Positions 1 through 11,890 of a DNA stretch of 64,000 bases are shown here, in pieces. The stretch lies in NCBI RefSeq assembly GCF_009914755.1, contig NC_060931.1; one strand, written 5' to 3'. How positions within the stretch are numbered: the first letter of the stretch is position 1; each line of letters begins with the position of its first letter. The notes beneath the pieces were generated by a model. The model searched no databases. It had not been told where the DNA came from and saw only the letters and a program-made list of their open reading frames with translations. A program made the position numbers and the translations under genes. Origin of the DNA: the human T2T-CHM13v2.0 reference genome, Homo sapiens.

Positions 1-1091
1 TTAAGTTCTAGGGTACATGTTCACAATGTGCAGGTTTGTTACATATGTATACATGTGCCATGTTGGTGTGCTGCACCCATTAACTGGTCATTTACATTAG
101 GTATATCTCCTAATGCTATCCCTCCCCTTACCCCATGACAGGCCCTGGTGTGTGATGTTCCCCACCCTGTGTCCGAGTGTTCTCATTGTTCAGTTCCCAC
201 CTATGAGTGAGAACGTGCAGTGTTTGGTTTTCTGTCCTTGCGATAGTTTTCTCAGAATGATGGTTTCCAGCTTCATCCATGTCCCTACAAAGAACATGAA
301 CTCATCCTTTATTACGGCTGCATAGTATTCCATGGTGTATATGTGCCACATTTTCTTAATCCACTGTATCATTGATGGACATTTGGGTTGGTTCCAAGTC
401 TTTGCTATTGTGAATAGTGCAGCAATAAACATACGTGTACATGTGTCTTTATAGCAGCATGATTTATAATCCTTTGGGTATATACCCAGTAATGGGATGG
501 CTGGGTCAAATGGTATTTCTAGTTCAAGATCCTTGAGGAATTGCCACACTGTCTTCCACAATGGTTGAACTAGTTTACAGTCCCACCAACAGTGTAAAAG
601 TCTTCCTATTTCTCCACATCCTTTCCAGCACCTGTTGTTTCCTGACTTTTTAATGATCGCCATTCTAACTGGTGTGAGATGGTATCTCATTGTGGTTTTG
701 ATTTGCATTTCTCTGATGGCCAGTGATGATGAGCATTTTTTCATGTGTCTTTTGGCTGCATAAATGTCTTCTTTTGAGAAGTATCTGCTCATATCCTTCC
801 CCTACTTTTTGATGGGGTTGTTTGATTTTTTTCTTGTAAATTTGTTTAAGTTCTTTGTAGATTCTGGATATTAGCCCTTTGTCAGATGGGTAGATTGTAA
901 AAATTTTCTCCCATTCTGTAGGTTGCCTGTTCACTGTGCTGGTAGTTTCTTTTGCTGTGCAGAAGCTCTTTAGTTTAATTAGATCCCATTTGTCAATTTT
1001 GGATTTTGTTGCCATTGCTTTGGTGTTTTAGTCATGAAGTCCTTGCCCATACCTATGTCCTGAATGGTATTGCCTAGGTTTTCTTCTAGGG
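1..1091 (-). mobile_element. L1PA (about L1PA4-L1PA6) 3' end, 5'-truncated; 3' tail continues left of the window
   Basis: Reverse complement of L1 3'UTR (ttaagttctagggtacatgt...tgtgatgttccccaccctgtgtcc) and ORF2 3' end. Homology stops at ...ggttttcttctaggg (1091). Confidence 0.95.
190..1091 (-). pseudogene. Frameshifted L1 ORF2p C-terminal fragment including the CCHC zinc knuckle
   Basis: ORFs 190-792 ([46 protein letters not shown]), 665-1015 ([19 protein letters not shown]) and the end of 979-1257 ([19 protein letters not shown]) are consecutive ORF2p segments in different frames. Confidence 0.93.
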
Positions 1092-1136
1092 AATAACAAC
1101 AGATTTTAACCTGTTTCCTTATAGCAGTAGTATTAA

Positions 1137-1275
1137 AACTGAAGTTTCCTCCTCTGTATGAGACAATCATAGGGCTCTGCTTATTTTGTGAGAATATTGA
1201 ATCAAATGAGCTAATATCTGTGAAAATGCTTTTTAAACCATGAAGCATTGTACACACGCAAGTTATTATTATTAC
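1137..1275 (+). mobile_element. MIR SINE fragment
   Basis: gtttcctcctctgta...aaatgagctaatatctgtgaaaatgctt...ttattattatta resembles the MIR 3' half. Confidence 0.65.
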
Positions 1276-3482
1276 AAGTACCTTATTTAGATGGACATCA
1301 GCTTCATTTTGAAAGGATATCCCTGGGGTTTGCTGATCATTTAACTTTCATTATCATACCTGTCAACCAGTTTCCACCGCTAACCAATTAAGTATCAGGC
1401 AGAAGAGCCAAATCAGAGGGGAAGATTGGTAAAATCAGTGCTGAATGCTTTAATTTCAGTGGGAAAAAGTAGAGTTGATAGATTTTTGTCTTGGCTGAAA
1501 TTGGATATTTAGAGTAACTTAATGACTACTGGTTTATCAGTCCCTCTATTTTTTCCCCCTACTTTTGAAAAGGTTTCTGCCAGTTCCATAGACCCAGCCT
1601 TGGATGAAGTTAATAAAATTTGCAAACCAGAAGGAATTTCAGGATGAGATTGATTGTTTTTGAAATCTCCACTTGTGGAAAGTTCTTTTCATATTGAAAA
1701 TAGTCTCTCATTTTTTTGTTCTTATTGGAACATCTCTTTTTCAGTTCTATTGGGAAATTATAGCATGATGGGTTTATAGATACTGATAATTGTGTGTTAC
1801 AAACTTCAGCATGCTAGCAGTCAATGAACACTCTATTTTCAGGACCTATTATGAGCAAAGTCCTAGGGGAAATATCTAATGTGTCCTTGTTCCAAGTTGT
1901 TCTAAGAGCTTAGTAAGAGGGATAAGATTTAGACCTAGGAAAGGGAAATGTGATGTCAGTCAAATAGAATGTAGGTTAGAGTTGGGTAGATAATGCATGA
2001 GTGTGGGTGGCTTCCTTGAGAATTTGAGAATTTAACTCTGATTAAATAAATGTCATATATTTTATGTAACATTTGAGTATAAAGTTTGGTATTTGACATT
2101 CCAGGAGCTTGGACTTGAGAGAGTGTTTAGCATGAAGTGAACAGATTCTACATAGTGTAAAGCCTCCTATCAGGTAAGATGATGCGAGGCACTACAGGTG
2201 CCTGGGTGATGATCAGTGGTGTTGGACAGGAAGTATCTTTGAGCTGTGCCAGTGGAGAATTCTTTTTTGGTTCCTATACCAAGCAGGAAAGGATGATCCT
2301 TAAGGAAAGTACTTTAAAGTCTCTTCTATCACCACTACAAAAAAGAACAGTTTGTTTGAGCATAAGAATGCTCCTTCCAGCTGAGACAGCACAGACAGAA
2401 TGCCCAGGTGACCCCCAGCTGTGACAGCTGTACACAGCCCTCCCAGGGTTCATAGCAAACAGCCAGTGCTCCAAGACTACTTTCATCAAATACTCAGCCA
2501 AAGACCAAGGCTCTGTAATAAGGGCCCTGATACAAACAGCAGAGATCCCAGCTGAGCTATACCAGCCTACAAAGGCTAGTCTGGATTTGGAAATTAGCAA
2601 GAATGAGACTTGGATTCAGCCTAAGTCGCTTGTAGTTTGGTTAATTATTGAGCTACAAAAACAGACAGTGCAAAAATAAGGGTACAAGTAAGTGAGTGTA
2701 TGCAGCATCTTCCCAGGACCTCCCAGGTTCCACACAGAAATGCTCCCAAATTCGGTAATCAATACTCATGCCTAGTGGGAAACTCACCAAGTCAGAACAA
2801 CAAAAGCTAGACTCCCAGTGGTGAGGCCTAAGGAGCTCTCAAATGTCTATTCCCCGCTATTTTTGAGGCCTTTACTGCATGCCATAGTTGCACACTTCTG
2901 AGCATTGGCCTCTGCAGCTGGACGAGCCGTGGCTTTCCATAGAACCACAGATTTTACAGAGAGGGAAGGACTGGGCCAGCAAAGAGCCTCCTTGTGCGGC
3001 CACATTAGGAGTTAAAGGTGCTCACCACTTCCCTCATGAGGAAGAAGCATGTACGGACAGAAAAATCTCTTCATATCCTTTATGGTTTGTTTTGTATGGA
3101 TTCTGTGTACTATAAAGCGAATAACATTTTTATAACAGAATGTGGATTGCAATATTTCCAACAAATCTTTTTGTTCTTTTCATATATTTGTGAGTTAAAA
3201 TACTGCATCCAGGTATAAACTCACACAGGCAGAAGTTTCCTCGCCATCAGGTCAAGATCCTGGATCCCAAAGAGGGCAAAAATGACAAGGCTTTTTGGTG
3301 TCTGGCATGGACTTAATTAGTGGTCACTTTTAGATTCTAAATCTAAGTTTTACTTCAGCAGCATCAATTACCTTTTGTCTAGTAGTCCCTCAGGTAACAG
3401 TATTGGATCAGATAATTTCTTTATGTTTGGTGTTTTAGGGAATTTCTGAAGTTTGGTTATCTGAGAAAAGGCAGGATATCAG

Positions 3483-3690
3483 GATGATGAATAGCACAGA
3501 CTTTAGGGTCAGGCTGCTTGAGTTTGAATTCGAGCGTGGCATTTTCTAGCTGTGTGACCTTGGGCAGGTTGCCAACCTCTCTGTGATTCAGAAATGGCAT
3601 CTGCCTTATTTGGCTGTTGTGAGCATTGAATGAGTTGCTGTGTTTTGAAAATTCATAACAGTGCCTGACATGTGTTTGCTATTATTATTT
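3483..3690 (+). mobile_element. MIR SINE
   Basis: MIR core: gagtttgaattc...ctagctgtgtgaccttgggcaggttgccaacctctctgtg...acagtgcctgacat. Confidence 0.85.
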
Positions 3691-4519
3691 CCAAACACAA
3701 GACTCTTTTGTGAAGGACACAGTATTATCTAGACTGCTCAGGGTTTGCCTGCTTCTGTCATATAGAATTTTTGAAGGGAGCTTGTTTCTTAACTAGCTTT
3801 ATGGCAATAACACTGTCTGTAACCACTGGAACCAGCTGATGCATTATCCATAATCCTAATAGCAAAATACAGATTCAACGTCTTTTACTTTCTTAACCTC
3901 ATTTTTCACAGTGTTACACGATTTTGATGCAGGTCTTCTCAGTTGGTCCTCCCATTTTTCAGACATGTGATCAATGGTTAAATAATGACGTAGGGGTCCC
4001 TTAGCTTGTGGTTGCAGCCTGAATTTGAATATACACGTCTTTAGGCACTTAGCTCTAAGAAGTGTCCAGTAAAACATAATGTTCAGAAGTAAATAGCATG
4101 GAAGAGGTCTCTAACTCAAATCTTGAAAGGTCTGGTCTGCAATTGTGGAAGGTGTCTTATCCTTTAATGACACTTGTTTATGAGTTGGGATCTTCAGCAT
4201 AGTTTTGGTTTTTGCTTTTAGAACTTTGAAAAATCTATCAGCTGTCACAGATACGATTTTTGTCATCTAGCTCTTTTGAGCTCTAGGGATCTGCCTTTTC
4301 TAAATTTCATAATATAATGTGGCTATCAGTTCTCACCAATGAATTGAAATTAGGCTTTTCATGTGCACAATGCAAACATGAGAAACCGTAGTTTGTTACT
4401 GAGTAATGAAACGGCAAATAATCAGTTCCTGGAAGCTTTTAGGAGTTGTACCATGCAAGATATGACTACAAATCATAGCCTGAGTGCCTGGACACAGTGA
4501 TTTTCATACCCAGCCATGT

Positions 4520-4635
4520 ATCCTGGGTAGAGCCTTTAAAATTGTGGATTCCTGGGTCCATTCATGACTTGGGAATCCATATGTCTTATGAACAGAATTA
4601 TGTAAAAAATTTCATAGTGATTCTGATGAACCACT
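4520..4635. mobile_element. MER5-like hAT-Charlie fragment
   Basis: gagcctttaaaattgtggattcctgggtcc...gtgattctgatgaaccac. Confidence 0.5.
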
Positions 4636-5149
4636 TTCCCAAATGACACATTAAAATAATTTCAAAACTCTAGAGTCACATTTCAAATATTAACATTAAA
4701 GCATTTGGACACTGGTAGGAACTTACATTCTACCATTTTACAGGTGAATAAATTAAGACTGGGAATGGTGTAGCAATTTTAGGGTCATAGAGGTTTAGAG
4801 CAAGGAGCAAGTACACCAATTATCTGATATGTCATTGGCGCTTTATAAATGAAGAAAATGAAAACCAGTGCAGCAAGTAAAGATAGGGCTGTCATAGCTC
4901 CCCAATGCAGCAACGAGAGCTATAGCAAGAACAGACTAACAGTCTTACCCAAGAGTCGTGGGTACATCAATGAAGACGGCAATTAGAGGGTAAGGCCTAG
5001 GGCCTATATACCCATCCAGTGGCCTACACAGATATTCGAAAGTTGTCTTGGAATATTATACAATTAGAGAAAAAAATTAATCTGAGATGTCATCTGAGTT
5101 TGGAGTGATCTTGTTGCTTGTTAATGGGGGAGTTAACAGAGTGGAGGGA

Positions 5150-5330
5150 AAAACATTTGGCTGAGAGCTGGGAGATCTGAGATCTCTTCTCATGTCTATC
5201 ATTAATTGGCTCTGTGGAACCGTGTGTAAGTCACTTAACCTCTTCTAGCTTCAGCTTCCCTATCTCAGAAATTACAGTGATAATGTCTTTACTAAGTATT
5301 TTTCAGAATTGTTGTGAGTATACATTTTTT
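5150..5330 (+). mobile_element. MIR SINE
   Basis: taagtcacttaacctcttctagcttcagcttccctatctcagaaat...gttgtgagtata. Confidence 0.7.
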
Positions 5331-5509
5331 AAATGTACAGAAATTTTAGATTTTATTGTACTAAGATGTGTTTAATGGCAAAAACTAAAAGGAAAGCAAA
5401 TATTAGTTTTTCTTTTCCCAGGATTCCCTATCAAGGGAACATTTTGATGAGGAACTAGGTCTAAAACTATATTTATTTCTTTTTTTTCCTGGCCCTTATG
5501 TTAAAGATT

Positions 5510-6470
5510 AATTTAACAAACATTCATAAAAGTGCATATTATGTACAAGGTGCTGTCTTGCACTCAAGGAATAGGATTTTATTAATCCTCTTACATCAGT
5601 CAGAGTCCAACCAGAAGACAGAAACCACACAGTAATTTGAGTAGGGTAAATACAATATAAAGCATTAGTGGTGTGACAAGGGATTGGAGTAATGAGGGAT
5701 TGGCTAGTAAGAAGTAAAGAGAACTCTGAAGAATAGAGGAGTAGCAAGTATAGGAGCACTCACTATGCCCAGGCTGAGATAGAGCTTTCAAGGAAGAAAT
5801 AGGTCTCCTGTACCCAGGATTAAGATCCAGAACTCATTAGGAAGTGCATAATCATGGCTCACTAGATGGTAGAGGAGACATCAAAGTACCTCACTGGCAG
5901 AAGTTACTGCAAGCCCATCTTCTGGAGTGCTGGAGAAGCTGTTCACAGAGATGGGCTGGGCCTCCGAATGTGCAGCAATACTGTCTCAGAAGTTTTGGGG
6001 AAGCTGCTGGGTGCTAGGTGGGGCTGGCCACTTCATGATGCACAAGGTAGTACTAGAGAACCCATCCATGGTAAGGGCTGGATCCTGGAAAGACCACATA
6101 TTGCAGGAGCCTGTTGAGTGCAGTGTCTTGGAACTGGGTGGGAAACCACTGAAAATGTCTTTTTAGTGCCCTTTCATGATGGTGCTTTGCTTACACCAGC
6201 TGGCAAAGAGAAATATTTGAAGGGCCCCGATCTATTTGTGCACAACAGACAACAAAGGGTGAATATGGAGCTTCAAAATCAAAACATTGATAACTGGAAC
6301 ACTTTTTAACAGTTCTGTGAAATAGGTACTATTATTATCCTTATTTTATAGATAAGGAAACTGAGACACAGAAAGGTGCAACAACTTGCACAAGGAAGGT
6401 CACAGGAGTAATAAGGAGCAGAGCTAGGGTTTGAACCTGAGTATTTTGACTCCATAGTCTACTCTGAATT
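5510..6470 (-). mobile_element. MIR SINE split by an LTR insertion (halves about 5510-5591 and 6302-6470)
   Basis: Left half ends ...ttattaatcctct. Right half resumes aacagttctgtgaaataggtactattattatccttattttatagataaggaaactgagacacaga. Together they are collinear with antisense MIR consensus. Confidence 0.8.
5592..6301 (-). mobile_element. ERVL solo LTR, LTR41-like
   Basis: Starts tacatcagtcagagtccaaccagaagacagaaaccacacagtaatt, contains gagggattggctagtaagaagtaaagagaactct and ends ...gataactggaaca. Degenerate 5-bp flanks cctct/ctttt. Subfamily from recalled consensus. Confidence 0.7.
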
Positions 6471-6924
6471 CCTCCCCTGTGCGGCCTCTTTGTCTCCTTC
6501 CTCACCGGTGATGCATGGTCAGTGTTATCTTGCATTATCCTGTGACTTTATATGCAAGTCCCACTACACTTGAAGATTGACTCTTACATTTACAGACATC
6601 TTTAAAGTCCTGGAACTATTTAGCACAAAGTTTTCTTGATACTTTTTCTGCCTTAACTATTTCTTCTGCTTGTTTTTGATGTTTCTTCAATTTCTGCTAC
6701 AATCATGTGTCCAACCCAAACCTCAAACCTACTTTCTTTTTAGATTTCCTGATGCAGGTAAGGAAGGAAATGTGAAGGAGTGGTTTGATCTTCTCTGTAA
6801 CATTTCTCTGTTTTCTGCTATCTTGCCACACTAGTTCAGACCCATAGAATTTCTTGCCTATGAACACGGCCTGCCTAGCAGTCTGTCTGCTGCCCATTTA
6901 AGGTCCGGTTCATCCGGAACACCA

Positions 6925-7420
6925 TCACTGCATTAGCCTTCCTGAATAGCTGCCCTGGTCACATCACCACTCTCCTCAGTAATCTCCAATGCTTCCTTAG
7001 GCACTGCTCTATTAAAGACTATTCCCTCAGTTCAGCCTGCAAAGCCATCTACATTGTGGTCCTAAGTAGACAGCTTTCCAGCCCTAGCTCTCCTGTCTTC
7101 TACTAGTGCCTATTCTTCTGCCTGAAGTTGCTATTCAGTGTTTCCTCAACTTTGTTTCTGCCCTGCCCCTGCTTCATTTCAGGGATGCATTATGCCAGGG
7201 GCTTTTCTGTCCCCATGTGTGTCCAATGTCACCCATCTTAGATGTCCCTCTTTCCACAAAGCCTTTCCCATTTCCAAACAATCTTGTTCTCTTTTGAAGC
7301 TCTAGAATGCTATATTTTTCTCTTGTAGTATTGCTTCTTAGGATAGCAGTACTATTCTCAACCTCCACCCTATTATTAGATCACAAATTCCTTGAAGACT
7401 AAGGCAATATTTTACTAGTT
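6925..7420 (+). mobile_element. L2 LINE 3' region
   Basis: cacatcaccactctcctcagtaatctccaatgcttcc...attagatcacaaattccttgaagactaaggc. Confidence 0.65.
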
Positions 7421-7750
7421 TTTCTTTCTTTCTTGTTTCCTTTCTTTCATTTTGTTTATATATAATTGTATTTTTTTCAGTCTGAGAGGCCACTAAAATA
7501 GGTTTCAAGGTGTGGATTTTCAGTCAAGTTCATAAGACTCAATTAGATTTACTGAGCAGAAATTTTACTTAGAAAAAATGTAGAACAGGGAACTCACCTA
7601 TGTAAAGCAGCATCATCACAGAAACTGCAGCCACTCAGGAGCAGTTTCTATCTCTTAGTCATGGCTGGGACATGTTTTTGTCTAAGATTAATAGTAAATG
7701 AATGGAGAACAAGGCCTATCAGAGAAATCACATGCTCTGCATTCCCTTGA

Positions 7751-8099
7751 TGCTATGGACTGAATGTTTGTGTTGCAATCCTAACCCCCTAAAGTGATGA
7801 TGTTAGGATTTGGGGTATTTGGGGTAATTGATTCATGAGGATAGGGTTCTCATTAACAGGATTAGTGCCTTTTCAAAAACAGACATGAAAGCTTGCTCTT
7901 GTTCTCTGCTCTGCTAAGTGAGGATATAATGAGAAGATGGGCAACTGAAAACCAGGAAGCAGATCCTCACCAGACACCGGATCTGCTGGTTCATTGAACT
8001 TGGACTTCCCAACCTCTAGAACTGTGAAAAATAAATATTTGTTGTTTGAACCACCTTGTCTATGGTATTCTGTTGTAGCAGCCCAAACTTACTAAGGCA
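7751..8099 (+). mobile_element. MLT1A/MLT1A0 MaLR solo LTR
   Basis: tgctatggactgaatgtttgtg...ggacttcccaacctctagaactgtgaaaaataaa...ctatggtattctgttgtagcagccc...ctaaggca. TG...CA termini. Confidence 0.85.
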
Positions 8100-8942
8100 T
8101 TCAGTTTGAATGCCCTGCTAGCTACACAGCCCTGCAAGAGTAAGGGACATTCACTACCATGGTATCCTGCACACAGTAGGGGATCAAATTTTTTTTAAAT
8201 TCAATTTTTTGTCATTTTTTGGTTAAATGTCTGATTTTACAGTGCACTGAAGGTCAGTGTTTTCCTCATATTAAGTGAATGCCAGGTCTCTGACCTACTG
8301 CTGGCTTGATACTTTCTATACGTACCCTTAACTCTCTGTTTCTAATTCTCAGCCCCACTGAGACCTCCAGTCACTGCTTGGTTTTCAAAACTTTCCTAAT
8401 AATTTGGACTCATTTTCAGTGCCAACAACCTTCTTGATCTTTGAAGGCTTGTCTTAACCTCCTCTCCAGTTCTGGGTCCTTTATATTGCTCTATAATTTG
8501 CCCCAGAGTAGCCTGACTGGCCAATATAGTCATTTGTGAGCAATATACCATGAGAATACCTATGCCTAGAAATAAATAATAGACCTCAACATTGCAGACT
8601 GGATTTCTGAGCCACTCAGCAGGGGTTCCTGGTAGAAGCAATAAAAGAAAAACAGTCTTAAAATCACATTTTTTATATTAGCAAATCTAAATCTAGGGGA
8701 TATCAGAGTGTGTACTTATCAGATAATTTCCATAATACTTTTTGTAAAACTTGTGCCCATTAGGTTTCTTATGTGATTAATTGGAGATTTCAGTTTGCAT
8801 TAAAGTTTTGCATACACTGAACATTCAATCATTCAATAAAAGTTAGTTAAATAACTATGTTAGGCACATGATGTTCTGTTCTCAATTACTAGAAGTGTCA
8901 TTGTTTGCTAGAAAATTGACTCTGAGGAGCATGCAGGTGTTT

Positions 8943-9118
8943 CTGTGTTCTAAACTTTGTTGTGCATAAAAACCACTTCCCATGCAAATTAAAAGTGTAG
9001 ATTTCTGGGAACCATTTTGATTCAGTAGAGACAGAAATGGGCCCAGACACCTGCATTTTTATAGTGTCCATATGGTTCTGATGTATGTGATCTGAGGACC
9101 ATACTTGAAAAAACAATA
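8943..9118. mobile_element. MER5A/MER5B hAT-Charlie MITE
   Basis: ttctaaacttt...gattcagtag...gggcccagacacctgcattttta...ttctgatg...gaggaccatacttgaaaaaca. Confidence 0.75.
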
Positions 9119-9209
9119 AATTAGTCTTTACCAAAAGCATTCAAGAGTTTCACAGTTTTAGAGGTACTTTCTGAGTTGAACTCCAAAATATCCTTGAGGA
9201 ACTTAGAGA

Positions 9210-9330
9210 GATTTTTAAAAACAATTTTATTGAAGTATAATTTATCTATTATAAAATTTACCTATTTTAGTGCACAATTCAATATTTGTAATACATTTGT
9301 TGAGTTGTGCAACTGTTGTTGCAATGATTT
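9210..9330 (-). mobile_element. Old L1M (L1MB-like) 3' terminal fragment
   Basis: acaattttattgaagtataattt...tagtgcacaattcaat...gagttgtgcaac. Confidence 0.7.
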
Positions 9331-9384
9331 TTACCTCCTCTTCCTTGCCTGGATTGAAGGAATTCTGTTACTCCAAGGGAAGAC

Positions 9385-9590
9385 CAAAGAGTCAAAGACC
9401 CAAGTTTGAGTTTTGGCTACATCATCCAGTGTCCTGAGACCTAGGAGCAAGGGACATGGGTCTTTCCATGTCTTAGTCACCTCATTTATAAAATGGGGAT
9501 GCTATTAATATTTCCTTTATAGGATACTTGTGAAGATTAAGTGAGAAAAGATGTTTGGAGTGCAATTTGTAAGTTTATTCAACTATCTAG
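9385..9590 (+). mobile_element. MIR SINE
   Basis: cctcatttataaaatggggatgcta...ttgtgaagattaagtgaga. Confidence 0.75.
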
Positions 9591-9639
9591 TGAATGAATA
9601 CCTACTTTTGGTTGCTTACTTGCTGGTCTAGGAACAGAC

Positions 9640-10545
9640 TATTAATGAGTAAAGACAGATACCATCTCTGCTCTCCCTGAGCAGATAGCCAGTAGGGACA
9701 GTGTGTGTTTGATGAGAAAATACAGCAAATAAATTTGATTTGAGTGGGAAGACAGGATCCTGTTTAAGGAAGTCAGAGAAGTTTTACTGAAGGAGGTGAT
9801 GTTTGAGATAAGAGCTAACAGATTAACTGGCATTAATTAGGCAAGGAGATGGTGGTGCTAGCATATCAGGGGGAAGGAGTGAGGGCCAATGCAGCAGAGG
9901 GTACATGGAACATTACAAGTATCTGAACAAATGCTAGGGTAGCTGCAACATGAGGCTCAATGAAGAGGGTGGTGCTGGGGGCAGGCACCAGACCCTGCAT
10001 GCCCTGCAGCTCATGTGAAGGTTTGGTTCCAATCCCTGAAGGGCTTTCAGTGTGTGTATTTTCATGAGCATGGGTGTGACATGATCAGATTTGCATGTCA
10101 AGTGCCCACCCCGGGAAGATGAAAGGGGAGTAGGATGAGGGCAGAGGTCATCAGAAAGCCAAATGGGAAGCTATGCAACAGTTCAGGTGAGAGACAATGG
10201 GCTAAGGTAGTTGTGGCAGACCTGGAGAGAGGTGGGTGCAGAAGAAGCAGATTTAAGGGATGAAATTGATTGGGTTTAGCTATGGGTTATATTTGGGGGT
10301 GGCGTGGGGAGAAGGAAGTGTCTGAATGACTATTAGATTTCTGACTTACATAATTGAATAGGTGGTTGTTAATACATTAGGGCATGGAACACAAAGATGA
10401 AGAATTTGAAGGTGAAGGGGTAGATCATGAGTGAAACAGAAGCAAAGCATTTACACCAGTGTTTGACATAACCAGGGATAGCCACTGTGATGATGGTGAT
10501 AATTTTAAGATGTCATTGAAGCATCCTAGTGAACATCTTAAGCTG
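9640..10545 (-). mobile_element. L2 LINE
   Basis: Purine-rich antisense L2 motifs: gaaggaggtgatgtttgag, gacatgatcagatttgcat, cagttcaggtgagagacaatgg, agatttctgactt. Confidence 0.8.
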
Positions 10546-11429
10546 TAATGAGCTATACTATTATTATCATTACTTTGGTCATAAAACTTGGCAAGCAATA
10601 TTTTAATTCATGTTTTAATTTCTTACCACATATACATCAAAATCACTTATAACATGAATCCTTCTAGTAGTTCCCCCAGTGGTATAAAAGCAGGATTTTA
10701 CCGTATTACATAGGTGCACATGTTTCATAATCTTCTAAGTTTATTGATTGAAGCTGAAAGCTGCAGCTAGATCATTCCTCAGAGTGCCTCTAGGGAGTGT
10801 TACATTAGAAAGATAACAGCAGGCTTGTAAATTAGTACAGTTTACCAACCCACAAACATTTGTCACCCTCTCCCCTCCTCACAGGAGAAAATAAGCAGTC
10901 TTTCCTCAGCACCTCCTGCCTCATGATTTGTTTGGCATAAATTGCTACCTGCCTTGTGGCTGGGCAGTAAGCTAATTTAAAGGCTGAATGAGAAAGCTCA
11001 GAAAACAGCCAGAGTGTTCTATTGAAGTAGACGGTCAGTCAATAGGGAAAAAAGGGAATAAGCTGATTAATGATAAAATCAGGAACACCCTTTGAAAAGA
11101 ATCTTTATGCTTTGTCAAGCTAATTTCAGTGGATCTCATATCACTGGTCACCTGGTACCCATCCAATATTCCTGATTTCAAGTTTAGACAGTTCTCAGTA
11201 TATCACTGTCAAATCATGACTGATATTCCTTTCAGTGGAACAATACTCAGATAATTGCAATTTAGCTTTTCTCTCTATTATAAATTTAGTTGTCTCTTTA
11301 CCTGTGCAACAAAATCATAATTAGATGAATACCTGCATATTTATAGGTATATTTCAACCCAACAGACGGTCTAGACATTTTCTGCTAACAAACTTTGATT
11401 GATTGTTAAGGGCATGTGGAATCAGTAGT

Positions 11430-11612
11430 TGGCTATGTTGAGTACATCTCTGAGCTTTGCTTTTTCCATCTGCAAAATAGAAATAATATTATCTCCCTCA
11501 TAGGGTAATTGCTGGAACTAAATGAAGCAAATATCTGTCGCATATATCTGTAAAATTCTTTGAACAGTGCCTCTTACATAAAAAGCATTCATTCAGTGAA
11601 AGCTATATTATC
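11430..11612 (+). mobile_element. MIR SINE
   Basis: ctctgagctt...catctgcaaaatagaaataatattatctccctcatagggtaattg. Confidence 0.75.
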
Positions 11613-11759
11613 GTTAAAGAGTTCCTTCTAGCTCAGCCTGGGGAGATAGTGTGTAACCATTTCTCCATCCTTGGATAAACACTGTGGGTGGAGTTTGAGT
11701 CAGACCAAAATAAATTGCCCTTCATTTGTGAGATCTCATATTTGCTAAGCATCTTTTTT

Positions 11760-11890
11760 TTTATGTCTTGAATGTAAATCCTGGAGTTCAGAGGCTACAG
11801 CTATTTCTTCTATAACCCCAGTGTCTGGCCTCATGTGCTGCAAAGGGTCTAAGTTCAATCACTGTTTGTTGCATCAATGAATACATAGCA
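11760..11890 (+). mobile_element. L2 3' terminus
   Basis: gaatgtaaatcctggag...ccccagtgtctggc...tgtttgttgcatcaatgaat. Confidence 0.55.

Noticed and set aside
190-1257. 200-aa, 116-aa and 92-aa ORFs as a host gene
   Set aside because: Frameshifted pieces of L1 ORF2p in a 5'-truncated copy with no promoter, EN or RT.
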